Part shown: piece after piece, positions 24,054-30,886 of the stretch
Layout: the number at the start of each line of letters is the position of its first letter
Position numbering within the stretch: the stretch's first letter is position 1
Virus record (IMG/VR): IMGVR_UViG_3300010052_000007
Coordinates: 1 to 30,886 of that record
Source: a virus
Taxonomy: Duplodnaviria > Caudoviricetes
Direction: 5' to 3' (one strand)
Length of the DNA: 30,886 nt
Program-made: the position numbers and the translations under genes
The notes under the pieces: model-generated
What the model was told of the DNA's origin: nothing
Seen by the model: the letters and a program-made list of their open reading frames with translations, nothing else
Databases searched by the model: none

Positions 24054-25379
24054 TCACGAGCGGCCTCCTTCGAGGGCGGTGAGGTTGGGGGCGCCGGGGC
24101 CGTTGGGGCGGCGCCAGGCGATGGACTGGAGCGAGGCGTAGTGGCCTTCGACCTGGAGGGTCGCTACGCCCTTGGGGCCGTGGCGGTTCTTGTCGACGAT
24201 CACGGTGAGCTCGGGGATGGTGTCGTCGGGTTGATGCAGGAGGATCACCTGGTCCGCATCTGCCTCGATCGAGCCGGACTCCCGCAGGTCGGCGCTCTTC
24301 GGGGCCTGGCCCTTGGCCGCTTCTCGGTTGAGCTGGGCCATGGCAACGACGCACGCGCCGGACTCGCGGGCAAGGAGCTTGAGGCCGCGCGAGACCTCGC
24401 CGAGATCCTGGGCGCGGTTGCCGTTGCCGGCGGGGATCTTGATCAGTTGCAGGTAGTCGACGACGACGAGCGCGAGGTCGTCGCGCTGGCGTTGCTCGTC
24501 GCGGACCTTGGCCCGGATGTGGGTGACGGTCTGCTCGGCGAGGTCGTCGATCGAGATCGGCATGTCGGTGATCTCGTTGTGCTTGGTGGCGATCCGGTCC
24601 CAGGACTTCGGGTCGGTCGAGCCGTGCTGCAGGGCGGTGAGGTTGACCCTCGCGTGGGCGGCGAGCATGCGCTGTACGACCTCAGTCTCGGTCATCTCGA
24701 GCGAGGCGAAGTGGACGGCGTGTTCGTGGCGGTGGGCGAAGGTCAGCGCGAGGTTGGCGCCCATGAGCGACTTGCCGACGCCGGGGCGGGCGCCGACGAT
24801 GACGAGACGCCCGGGGGCAAGGCCGGTGATGATGCGGTCGAGGTCCGGCCAGCCGGTCGGGAGCGCTGCCGCCTGGCCGTGCTCGGCGATGTGCAGGACG
24901 TCGGGGAGGATCTCGCCGATGGTCCGGGAGCGCCGCACGTCGCGCCCGCGGGTGGCAAGGTCGATGACCTGACGAGCCTGCTCGCGCAGTTCGTCAAGGT
25001 CGCCCGCGCTGCTCCCGATCTGGTGGACCTTGGTGCCGGCGGCCTGCAACTTCCTGAGACCGGAAGCACGGACCACCTGCTCGGCGTAGTAGCCGGCCGA
25101 GGCGACGAGGGGGCAGCTCTGGGTCAGGGTGAACAGGTGCAGGGGATCGAACCCGGCGGGGGCGTCTGTCTGCAGGGCGACGCTGACCGACACCGGGTCT
25201 GGCTGCGTCCCGCCGGCGTGGACTCGCCCGATGGCGGCCCAGATGGACTCGTTGATGGGCGCGTAGAAGTCGCCGGGTTGGGCGATCGCGAACAGCTCGT
25301 CGATGTCGGGGTAGCCGGACATGGCAGCACCGAGCAGGGCCGCTTCTGCGTCGGCTGCCCTGATGGGCTCGTTGCTCAC
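24054..25379 (-). CDS. dnaB: Replicative DNA helicase, DnaB family, 441 aa
   Basis: GTG 25379 overlaps the initiator stop; GARPGVGKS, FASLEM, VVVDYLQL, AQLNRE, DLRESGSIEADAD and KNRHGP motifs. Confidence 0.96.
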   Translation of the reverse strand: MSNEPIRAADAEAALLGAAMSGYPDIDELFAIAQPGDFYAPINESIWAAIGRVHAGGTQPDPVSVSVALQTDAPAGFDPLHLFTLTQSCPLVASAGYYAEQVVRASGLRKLQAAGTKVHQIGSSAGDLDELREQARQVIDLATRGRDVRRSRTIGEILPDVLHIAEHGQAAALPTGWPDLDRIITGLAPGRLVIVGARPGVGKSLMGANLALTFAHRHEHAVHFASLEMTETEVVQRMLAAHARVNLTALQHGSTDPKSWDRIATKHNEITDMPISIDDLAEQTVTHIRAKVRDEQRQRDDLALVVVDYLQLIKIPAGNGNRAQDLGEVSRGLKLLARESGACVVAMAQLNREAAKGQAPKSADLRESGSIEADADQVILLHQPDDTIPELTVIVDKNRHGPKGVATLQVEGHYASLQSIAWRRPNGPGAPNLTALEGGRS

Positions 25380-26377
25380 CCCTGGCCCCGCTTCTCGACC
25401 TGCTTGAGACTCCACTCGTAGTACTCCTGCGGCGAGAGTCCGTCTGGCGGCAGTTCGAGTTCGTCAGCGCGGGGGAGACGCGAGGCGGCCTTGCCGGTCG
25501 CAGGCGCTGCCGGGTCGGGCTTGGCGTAGGAGCTGTTGAGCCACTGGCGGAAGGCGGCGTCCCAGTCGACCATGCGGCGGTCCTTGGCGGCGGCGTGGTC
25601 ACGGAACTGCGCGGACTCGCGTTCGAGGTTGAGCCCACGTTCGCGAGCGAGGTCGGCGTGCTTCTCGTTGGGCTGCCAGTCGTCTGGAAGTGCGCGCGCC
25701 GGTCGCTTGCGACCGGTGGCCTTGGGTCGCGAAACATCTCCCCCCACACCCCCCTCAACCACAGGGGGTTTTGTAGTAGTAGCAGTAGTAGTAGTGGGGC
25801 ACCCCTTTACCGAAGGGTTCGCCTGACCCTTTCCCGAAGGGTCGGGGGAAGGGTTTCCCGAAGGGTTGGGCGAAGGGTCAGGGGAGCCGTTCCCCAAGGG
25901 GTAGGTGGAAGGGTCGATCGACGCACCAGCGAGGAGTTCCACGGCCTCCGGCTTCGCCCACCCAGCCAGGTCGGGGAAGTCGGCCCGCAACCGGTTCATC
26001 TCGTGCACCACCACGCCGCGGATCGCCGCAGATGCCGTCGCCGCATACGCCTTCGCCATCGCCACGGCCATGTTCGGCTGCTTCATCAGACCGTCGTTGC
26101 GCACGAACGAACGGATCAGCGCCTCCTCCGTTGCCGCGTCGATGACGAGGTGCCGGGACGCGACCATCTCCCGGCCGGCCTGCTCGACCTGCTCGATAGT
26201 CAGGCCGACGATCGCGGCGAGCCGGTTGGGCCGCCAGTCCGCCACCCCGCAGTGGCTCAGGGAGGACGAGGTGAGCAGCGCGAGGTACAGGTAGCGCGCC
26301 ATCGGGGACAGTTCGCGCCATTCGTGGTCGGCCCAGATCGAGAGCTTGATGACCGCGCGGTCCCGCGATCGCCCCAT
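25376..26377 (-). CDS. Phage replication initiator (lambda O-like arrangement), 333 aa
   Basis: IWADHEWRELS..ARYLYLAL winged-helix N-terminus; repetitive PSxx linker; LPDDWQP...FRDH...DWDAAFRQWL C-terminal domain; upstream of the helicase. Confidence 0.88.
   Translation of the reverse strand: MGRSRDRAVIKLSIWADHEWRELSPMARYLYLALLTSSSLSHCGVADWRPNRLAAIVGLTIEQVEQAGREMVASRHLVIDAATEEALIRSFVRNDGLMKQPNMAVAMAKAYAATASAAIRGVVVHEMNRLRADFPDLAGWAKPEAVELLAGASIDPSTYPLGNGSPDPSPNPSGNPSPDPSGKGQANPSVKGCPTTTTATTTKPPVVEGGVGGDVSRPKATGRKRPARALPDDWQPNEKHADLARERGLNLERESAQFRDHAAAKDRRMVDWDAAFRQWLNSSYAKPDPAAPATGKAASRLPRADELELPPDGLSPQEYYEWSLKQVEKRGQG
25769..25914. repeat. Putative replication origin: GAAGGGT iterons plus an AT-richer (GTA)n tract
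   Basis: GAAGGGT at 25812, 25836, 25848, 25860, 25872 and 25908, all in 12-bp phase; adjacent TTTTGTAGTAGTAGCAGTAGTAGTAGT at 25769-25795. Confidence 0.78.
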
Positions 26378-26649
26378 CAGTCCTCGCCCCGGCCGAGCTC
26401 GTCGCCGTACTGGAACAGCAGCCTCGTCGCGGCGCGCAGGAGGTGGGTCTGGGCCTGGAGGACCGTCAGTGGATCGGTCGATTCGAGCGCATCGCAGGAC
26501 AGGACGCCCAGTGCGCTGATGTCCCGGCTGTCGCCGGCAACCGCCTGGGTCCTGAAGGTGTGAGCCAGCTCTACGAAGAGATCGCCGAGGGTCGCTGCCT
26601 GGCCCTGGAGTCGCTCGTCGTGGGTGCCCTGGTCGGGCTGGTTGGGCAT
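26377..26649 (-). CDS. Hypothetical protein, 90 aa
   Basis: ATG 26649 (MPNQPDQG...), TGATG overlaps at both ends. Confidence 0.72.
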   Translation of the reverse strand: MPNQPDQGTHDERLQGQAATLGDLFVELAHTFRTQAVAGDSRDISALGVLSCDALESTDPLTVLQAQTHLLRAATRLLFQYGDELGRGED

Positions 26650-26870
26650 CAGGCTGCCTCGCTTCCGTTGTCGGGGTTGTACTTGGTGATCCACGTGTGG
26701 CCGAGCGCGCAGACGCACAGCGCCTCCGCTACGTGGGGTGCCCTGATGAGCACCGGGGTGGGGTTCTGGACGGGGCCGGCGCAGTTCGGGCAGATCGCGT
26801 GGATGTCGACCACCGCGGCGGGCTCCTGGCCGGGGTCGTCCATCCAGGCGCTGGGCTCGAGCGGGTTCAT
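26649..26870 (-). CDS. Zn-ribbon protein, 73 aa
   Basis: ATG 26870 overlaps the upstream stop; CPNC...CALGHTW. Confidence 0.72.
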   Translation of the reverse strand: MNPLEPSAWMDDPGQEPAAVVDIHAICPNCAGPVQNPTPVLIRAPHVAEALCVCALGHTWITKYNPDNGSEAA

Positions 26871-27127
26871 GCGGTCGGCCTTCCGCACGCCCCCGGGTCC
26901 GCGTCGCAGCGGGCCGCGTCGCAGCGGGCGCACATGCCACGGTGATGCGTCGGGTCGCCGTCGTACCCGAAGACGACCGGGTCACCGCAGTGACACCGCT
27001 CGACGCGTTGCCCCGACGTCAGCGCGGCCTCGAGCGCGTCGAGCAGCTTGCCGATCCGGTCGTTGAGCACGCCCTGGCCCCACGCACGGTCCTCGCGCCA
27101 GGCGGACATCTCCTCGAACGTCGTCAT
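26867..27127 (-). CDS. Cys-rich hypothetical protein, 86 aa
   Basis: ATG 27127 with GGGAG RBS; CHC...CARCDAARCD...C. Confidence 0.72.
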   Translation of the reverse strand: MTTFEEMSAWREDRAWGQGVLNDRIGKLLDALEAALTSGQRVERCHCGDPVVFGYDGDPTHHRGMCARCDAARCDADPGACGRPTA

Positions 27128-27198
27128 GCGGTCTCCCAGCGTCGGGGTGGCCACCAGCAGCCCAGGAGGCGGCGGACGGCCTTGGGGATGAGGGTCAC
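27124..27198 (-). CDS. Putative 24-aa microprotein (MTLIPKAVRRLLGCWWPPRRWETA)
   Basis: Not in the ORF track; GTG 27198 with GAGGAG RBS; 4-nt overlaps with both neighbours, exactly bridging the gap. Confidence 0.55.
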   Translation of the reverse strand: MTLIPKAVRRLLGCWWPPRRWETA

Positions 27199-27707
27199 GG
27201 CGACTCCTCGCTGCTAGGCGCCTGACCTCCGAGCGCGATGCTCTGGATGAGGTCCAGACGCCGCTCGAGATCCGCCACCTTCTCGCCCTGCTCTTCCAGC
27301 TCCTCGACCCGGAGGGCGAACTGGCCGGCGTCATCGCACGCCTGCAGCCACGCGTCCTTCGCCTCTTCGGCCTTCGCTTCCAGGTCGGCGACCTGCTGCC
27401 GCGCGCGGGTCTGCTCGGTGACCTCACCCAGGACGAACAACGCGTCGTCCAGGGCGGCGATCAGCGTGCGAACCTCGTTGATGCGCAGCGAGAGGCTGTC
27501 CCCGCCACCCTGGATGTCGCCCTGGGGTGAGACGACGATCTCCGGCGGGAAGTCCTCTGCTTCGAGGTGGCCCACCGTGACCACCAGCGCGTCGCCGAAC
27601 TCCTGGCCCGTGGTCATCGGCAACGGCGCGGCGACCGGCGCCGACTGGTGGTAGCCCTCGCACTCGTCGCCGAGAACACACCAGCTCGGGCAGGGGATCG
27701 TGGTCAT
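27195..27707 (-). CDS. Hypothetical protein (CPxWC...H motif, C-terminal coiled coil), 170 aa
   Basis: CPSWC...H metal-binding-like start often seen in actinobacterial mobile elements; coupled ends. Confidence 0.78.
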   Translation of the reverse strand: MTTIPCPSWCVLGDECEGYHQSAPVAAPLPMTTGQEFGDALVVTVGHLEAEDFPPEIVVSPQGDIQGGGDSLSLRINEVRTLIAALDDALFVLGEVTEQTRARQQVADLEAKAEEAKDAWLQACDDAGQFALRVEELEEQGEKVADLERRLDLIQSIALGGQAPSSEESP

Positions 27708-28246
27708 GAGCCACCGCCGGGGACGTAGTAGGGATCGCAGAGCCGCCGCTCGCGCTGCTCACGCATCTCTGCGACCGCCAGGTCGGCCTTACGGGGGCGC
27801 CAGGTCACGCCGCCGTCGATGAGCTCGAAGTAGTGGTCCTCGCTGTCAGCGAACGCGCGGCCAGCGTGCTCGGGCTTGACCAGGAGCCCTTCTGGCGCGA
27901 CGGCCGCCGTGAGGCCGGTGATGTACCCGTCGTCCTCGACCTGCTGCCAACAGACGTCGGCCAGGTCCAGGACTCCGTCCATGGTCTCGAGCCGGAAGCC
28001 GACCCGGTCCACCTCGGGCCCCGCTGCAGCAACGGTGCCGGCGAGGATCTCGCGCGCCACCATGTCGGCGTTCGGGGTCAGGGGTAGGGCGTACCTCACG
28101 CTCACGTACCTGTTCAGCAGCCGGAGGCCGGCCTCGGTCTCCAGCCAAGCGGCGACGGCCACGGCCAGCCCGGTCGACCACGCTGTGCCGCCCCCGGCCC
28201 GGCGCACCTGGGCGGCTGCGCGCTGCAGTTCCTCGGGCGGCATCAT
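27704..28246 (-). CDS. Hypothetical protein, 180 aa
   Basis: ATG 28246 (MMPPEELQRAA...) overlaps the upstream stop; AVAAWLETEA motif. Confidence 0.72.
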   Translation of the reverse strand: MMPPEELQRAAAQVRRAGGGTAWSTGLAVAVAAWLETEAGLRLLNRYVSVRYALPLTPNADMVAREILAGTVAAAGPEVDRVGFRLETMDGVLDLADVCWQQVEDDGYITGLTAAVAPEGLLVKPEHAGRAFADSEDHYFELIDGGVTWRPRKADLAVAEMREQRERRLCDPYYVPGGGS

Positions 28247-28428
28247 CGGACGACCACCACCAGGTAGTCCGGGCGAGCGGCCAGCCGGACCACCACATAG
28301 ACGACCGGCACGAACAGCGCCACCACCACCCAGCCGAGCTGAGTCGGCCAGTTCGGCGACCGCTCCGCCTGACGCATGGCGAAGACGAAGATGAAGGCGC
28401 CAGCGAGTGAGGTCAGGACGACGATCAC
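28243..28428 (-). CDS. Small two-TM membrane protein, 61 aa
   Basis: GTG 28428 overlaps the lipoprotein stop; two hydrophobic helices. Confidence 0.65.
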   Translation of the reverse strand: MIVVLTSLAGAFIFVFAMRQAERSPNWPTQLGWVVVALFVPVVYVVVRLAARPDYLVVVVR

Positions 28429-28892
28429 TTCTCGCCACCCAGCCGGGGGACGTCGATCGGCAGGGGCGCGTCGGACTCGATGTAGTCGAGGGTCGTGGAG
28501 ACCATCGTGCCGTCGCCGAGGAAGAAGAAGATCCCGGGATCGCCGGACCCGAACGTGCCGTCGTCCTGAGCCGAGTCGAGCACGTAGTCCTCGCCGGACT
28601 TCCGGATCAGATCCTGCTCGGGCGCGAGCTGGGAGCCGGACGAGGACACCTTGCCCTTGATGACGTAGTAGCCGATGGGCTTGGCGAACGAGATCAGGTA
28701 GACGTAGCGGATCGCCTCGGAGTCGTTCTCGCGGTCGAGCTTCTCCTTGAGGTTGGCCTGCTCCAGCGAGTTCTTGAGGGCCGCGCTCTGGGCCTTCTTG
28801 CGGTCGTCGTACTCGCTGCTGGTGCACGCGGCGGTGCCGAGGAGCAGAACGGCCGCCATGGTGGCGGCCGCGGTCTTGGTGAGGATCTTCAT
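28425..28892 (-). CDS. Phage lipoprotein, 155 aa
   Basis: Signal peptide with TAAC lipobox; YVYLIS...YYVIKGKVSS..SQL...DGTFGS...IFFF segment; AAGGAG RBS. Confidence 0.85.
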   Translation of the reverse strand: MKILTKTAAATMAAVLLLGTAACTSSEYDDRKKAQSAALKNSLEQANLKEKLDRENDSEAIRYVYLISFAKPIGYYVIKGKVSSSGSQLAPEQDLIRKSGEDYVLDSAQDDGTFGSGDPGIFFFLGDGTMVSTTLDYIESDAPLPIDVPRLGGEK

Positions 28893-28898
28893 CGGGGA

Positions 28899-29330
28899 CT
28901 ACTCCTTGCAGTCGGTGGTGGGATCGGTGTCGGTGATCTGGCCGGGCAGGTCGGCTGCCCGGAAGTCGGCGGCCAGGTAGGTCCGTGCGGCGGCGTTGTA
29001 GTCGGCGACGAAGGACAGGCAGACGTTGCGGGTGCCGACGTAGGTGTCGCGGGCCGTGCGGTTGCCCGGGTCGGTGGCGAGGAGGTCGTGCGCGAGGGTG
29101 ACCTTGCGGTCGGTCGCGACGATCTCGGCGTACAGCTCCTCGAACCTGGCCTGGGCCTTGGTCCAGTTGGCCGCCGAGTTCTTCTCGATGACGGCGTCCC
29201 CGCGGCCCTTCGGCTCCGCGGTCGCGACCCGCAGCGCCCAGATGCCGATGACGAGCGCGACGACGACGATGACGGCTCCGAAGACCACGGCTGTTGCCGT
29301 GGTGGCGCCGAGCGCGCGCTGGCGACTCAC
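28899..29330 (-). CDS. Membrane-anchored protein with extracellular helical domain, 143 aa
   Basis: GTG 29330 overlaps the upstream stop; N-terminal TM helix; C..VADYNA...LP...C with two Cys. Confidence 0.8.
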   Translation of the reverse strand: MSRQRALGATTATAVVFGAVIVVVALVIGIWALRVATAEPKGRGDAVIEKNSAANWTKAQARFEELYAEIVATDRKVTLAHDLLATDPGNRTARDTYVGTRNVCLSFVADYNAAARTYLAADFRAADLPGQITDTDPTTDCKE

Positions 29331-29992
29331 TCGGCACCGCCCAGGGCATCCTTCGCAGCCAACATCCGGGCGTAGGCGGCAGCGGCGTCGGCTCGGTCGG
29401 CGTCCGTCGCCACGTTGGAGGCGACGAACATGTCCGTCTCGACGTTGTGGATCACCCGACCCTGGATGACGTCCTTCGCGAAGACCTCGGAAAGTTCGGC
29501 TCGGAGCTGCTCGTCGATGAGCCTGTCGACGGACTTGAGGCGCGGCTGCGGGGTCTCCTGCTGGCCGTTCTCGGCGTAGAACTCCTTGAGGGTCCGCATG
29601 TGCTTTCGGGCGGGCGCGCCGCCGTTGGCCCAGTGCGCGACCTCGACCCGGTGCACGGCCTCCAGGTCGAGGGCCTGCTCGGCGGCGTGCTCCCGGTAGT
29701 TCGCCATGACGGGGCGCTCGCCGTCCGCGTCGATCGCAGTCGTGCACCCGATGCCGTAGCCGATGTCGCCCTCGGGCGCCTTCGCGACCGTGATGCCGTC
29801 CTCGCTGGTCGTGATTTCCAGTGCGTCCTCGAACTCGTCGTCGGGGACCATGGCGAGGATCGCGATGATCAGGTGCTTCGCGGTCAGGTAGTCGAGGCGC
29901 GGCTCCGAGAGGTCGAACTTCGAAGACCGCAGCAGAGCGCGGCCCTGCTCGATCTGCTCGGCGGTCGGGAACGGGCGGGGATCGGTGGTCAT
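29327..29992 (-). CDS. Hypothetical protein, 221 aa
   Basis: ATG 29992 with AAGGAG RBS (MTTDPRPFPT...); coupled ends. Confidence 0.78.
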   Translation of the reverse strand: MTTDPRPFPTAEQIEQGRALLRSSKFDLSEPRLDYLTAKHLIIAILAMVPDDEFEDALEITTSEDGITVAKAPEGDIGYGIGCTTAIDADGERPVMANYREHAAEQALDLEAVHRVEVAHWANGGAPARKHMRTLKEFYAENGQQETPQPRLKSVDRLIDEQLRAELSEVFAKDVIQGRVIHNVETDMFVASNVATDADRADAAAAYARMLAAKDALGGAE

Positions 29993-30885
29993 GAAGACTC
30001 CTTGTCGTTGAGCGTGGTGCGGAAGGTGTGCAGCTCGGCCGTTACGTTGTCGAGCTCCCGGAGCCACCACGAGCGGGTCCGTTCGTCGGCGGCCAGGTAG
30101 TCGGCATCCAGCTCGGCCACTACGCGCGCGACCTTGACGAGGGAGCGGAGCATCTCGGAGCCCTCGCGGACCGTGATGGTCTTGCGGTTGGCTGGATACC
30201 GGTCGTCGTCGGTGAGCTTGGTGATGGACTCTGCGCTGCGGGCGAGGTTGTTGCTGGCGCGGAAGTACGAGTCGGGCAACGGGCTGCGACGGATCGGCTT
30301 GAGGTCCGAAGCCGGCTTCGGAGGTGGCGTCGGGCGCTTGTAGGTCTTCCCGTCGATGCCCGTCACGTCGACCGGTCCCGGCGGATCGGCGGGCGGAGGG
30401 AGCGGGGACTCGGCGACGTCAGCACCTTCGTCGCCGTCGATCTCTGCAGGGTCTGCGAACGTCCCGCGGGAGAGGACCGCCGCCAGAGCGCCCTCCGGGT
30501 CGACCTTGGGGTCAGGGATCCCGGCGAGCGCGTCGGTCGCGGAGACGAAGGTGGGGGCGGGAAGGGGGGCAGGTGTTAGGTCCCTAACACCTGACTGCTG
30601 GTCCGAATGGACCGTGTAGTTCGAGACGCCGACGACCGGCGCGATCGCCCTGGTGCTCATCCCTGCGGCGGTCAGCTCGCGGACCACCTCGCGCCGCACC
30701 TCGACCCCGAGCTGGGTCAGCGCGTCGCCGAAGCACTCCGACACGTACTCGCTGACCCCGGAGTAGCCCAGGACCGACCACGCCTGACGCTCGATCGCCT
30801 CCCGGATCAGGGGCATCACCGCGACGTAGTTGTCCGCGATCGCGTCCAGGCGCAGGCGGATGCGGGTCGTCAGCCGCTCGGCCTC
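29989..30885 (-). CDS. HTH DNA-binding protein (5' end beyond the window)
   Basis: Frame is open to the window edge; AWSVLGY...EY, GMSTRAIAPVVGVSNYTVHSD HTH and VTGIDGKTY motif. Confidence 0.8.
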   Translation of the reverse strand, partial: EAERLTTRIRLRLDAIADNYVAVMPLIREAIERQAWSVLGYSGVSEYVSECFGDALTQLGVEVRREVVRELTAAGMSTRAIAPVVGVSNYTVHSDQQSGVRDLTPAPLPAPTFVSATDALAGIPDPKVDPEGALAAVLSRGTFADPAEIDGDEGADVAESPLPPPADPPGPVDVTGIDGKTYKRPTPPPKPASDLKPIRRSPLPDSYFRASNNLARSAESITKLTDDDRYPANRKTITVREGSEMLRSLVKVARVVAELDADYLAADERTRSWWLRELDNVTAELHTFRTTLNDKESS

Positions 30886-30886
30886 A

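Noticed and set aside
25812-25914. Regularly spaced repeats as a CRISPR array
   Set aside because: Repeats are 7 bp with 5-bp gaps inside a CDS and no cas genes are present; they fit iterons.
26899-26928. Perfect 15-bp tandem duplication CCGCGTCGCAGCGGG x2
   Set aside because: In-frame duplication encoding ARCDA twice within a Cys-rich protein; no sign of a separate function.
1-30886. Integrase, repressor, att site, reverse transcriptase/DGR or known defence system
   Set aside because: No matching motifs seen in this window; temperate lifestyle cannot be confirmed here.

Overview
A high-GC, actinobacterial-type (Nocardioides-like by gene style; host is inferred) siphovirus or prophage segment. 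Nearly all genes are on the minus strand and tightly coupled. From the right edge leftwards: early genes (HTH protein, membrane/lipoprotein trio, small Zn-binding proteins), a replication module (initiator with internal 12-bp-phased iterons, DnaB helicase), a Zn-finger/HTH late regulator, a ~400-nt structured late leader, HNH, TerS, a TerL split into ATPase and nuclease genes, portal, a MuF-like head protein with a C-terminal CdiA-like nuclease domain, scaffold, major capsid, head-tail genes, major tail, a -1 frameshifted tail chaperone, a plus-strand lipoprotein moron, tape measure, two tail-tip genes, a holin-like gene and an M15 endolysin (truncated). No integrase, repressor, tRNA or CRISPR array is visible. 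The most interesting signal: the MuF-nuclease gene has no downstream immunity ORF and is instead abutted by a convergent promoter plus ~48-nt hairpin that folds fully only on the plus strand, a candidate RNA antitoxin. Other RNA-level signals are four GNRA-N pentaloop hairpins ahead of TerS and scaffold, a pseudoknot/switch ahead of the tail chaperone, and the multi-hairpin late leader. All family assignments are by eye from motifs and synteny; no searches were run.
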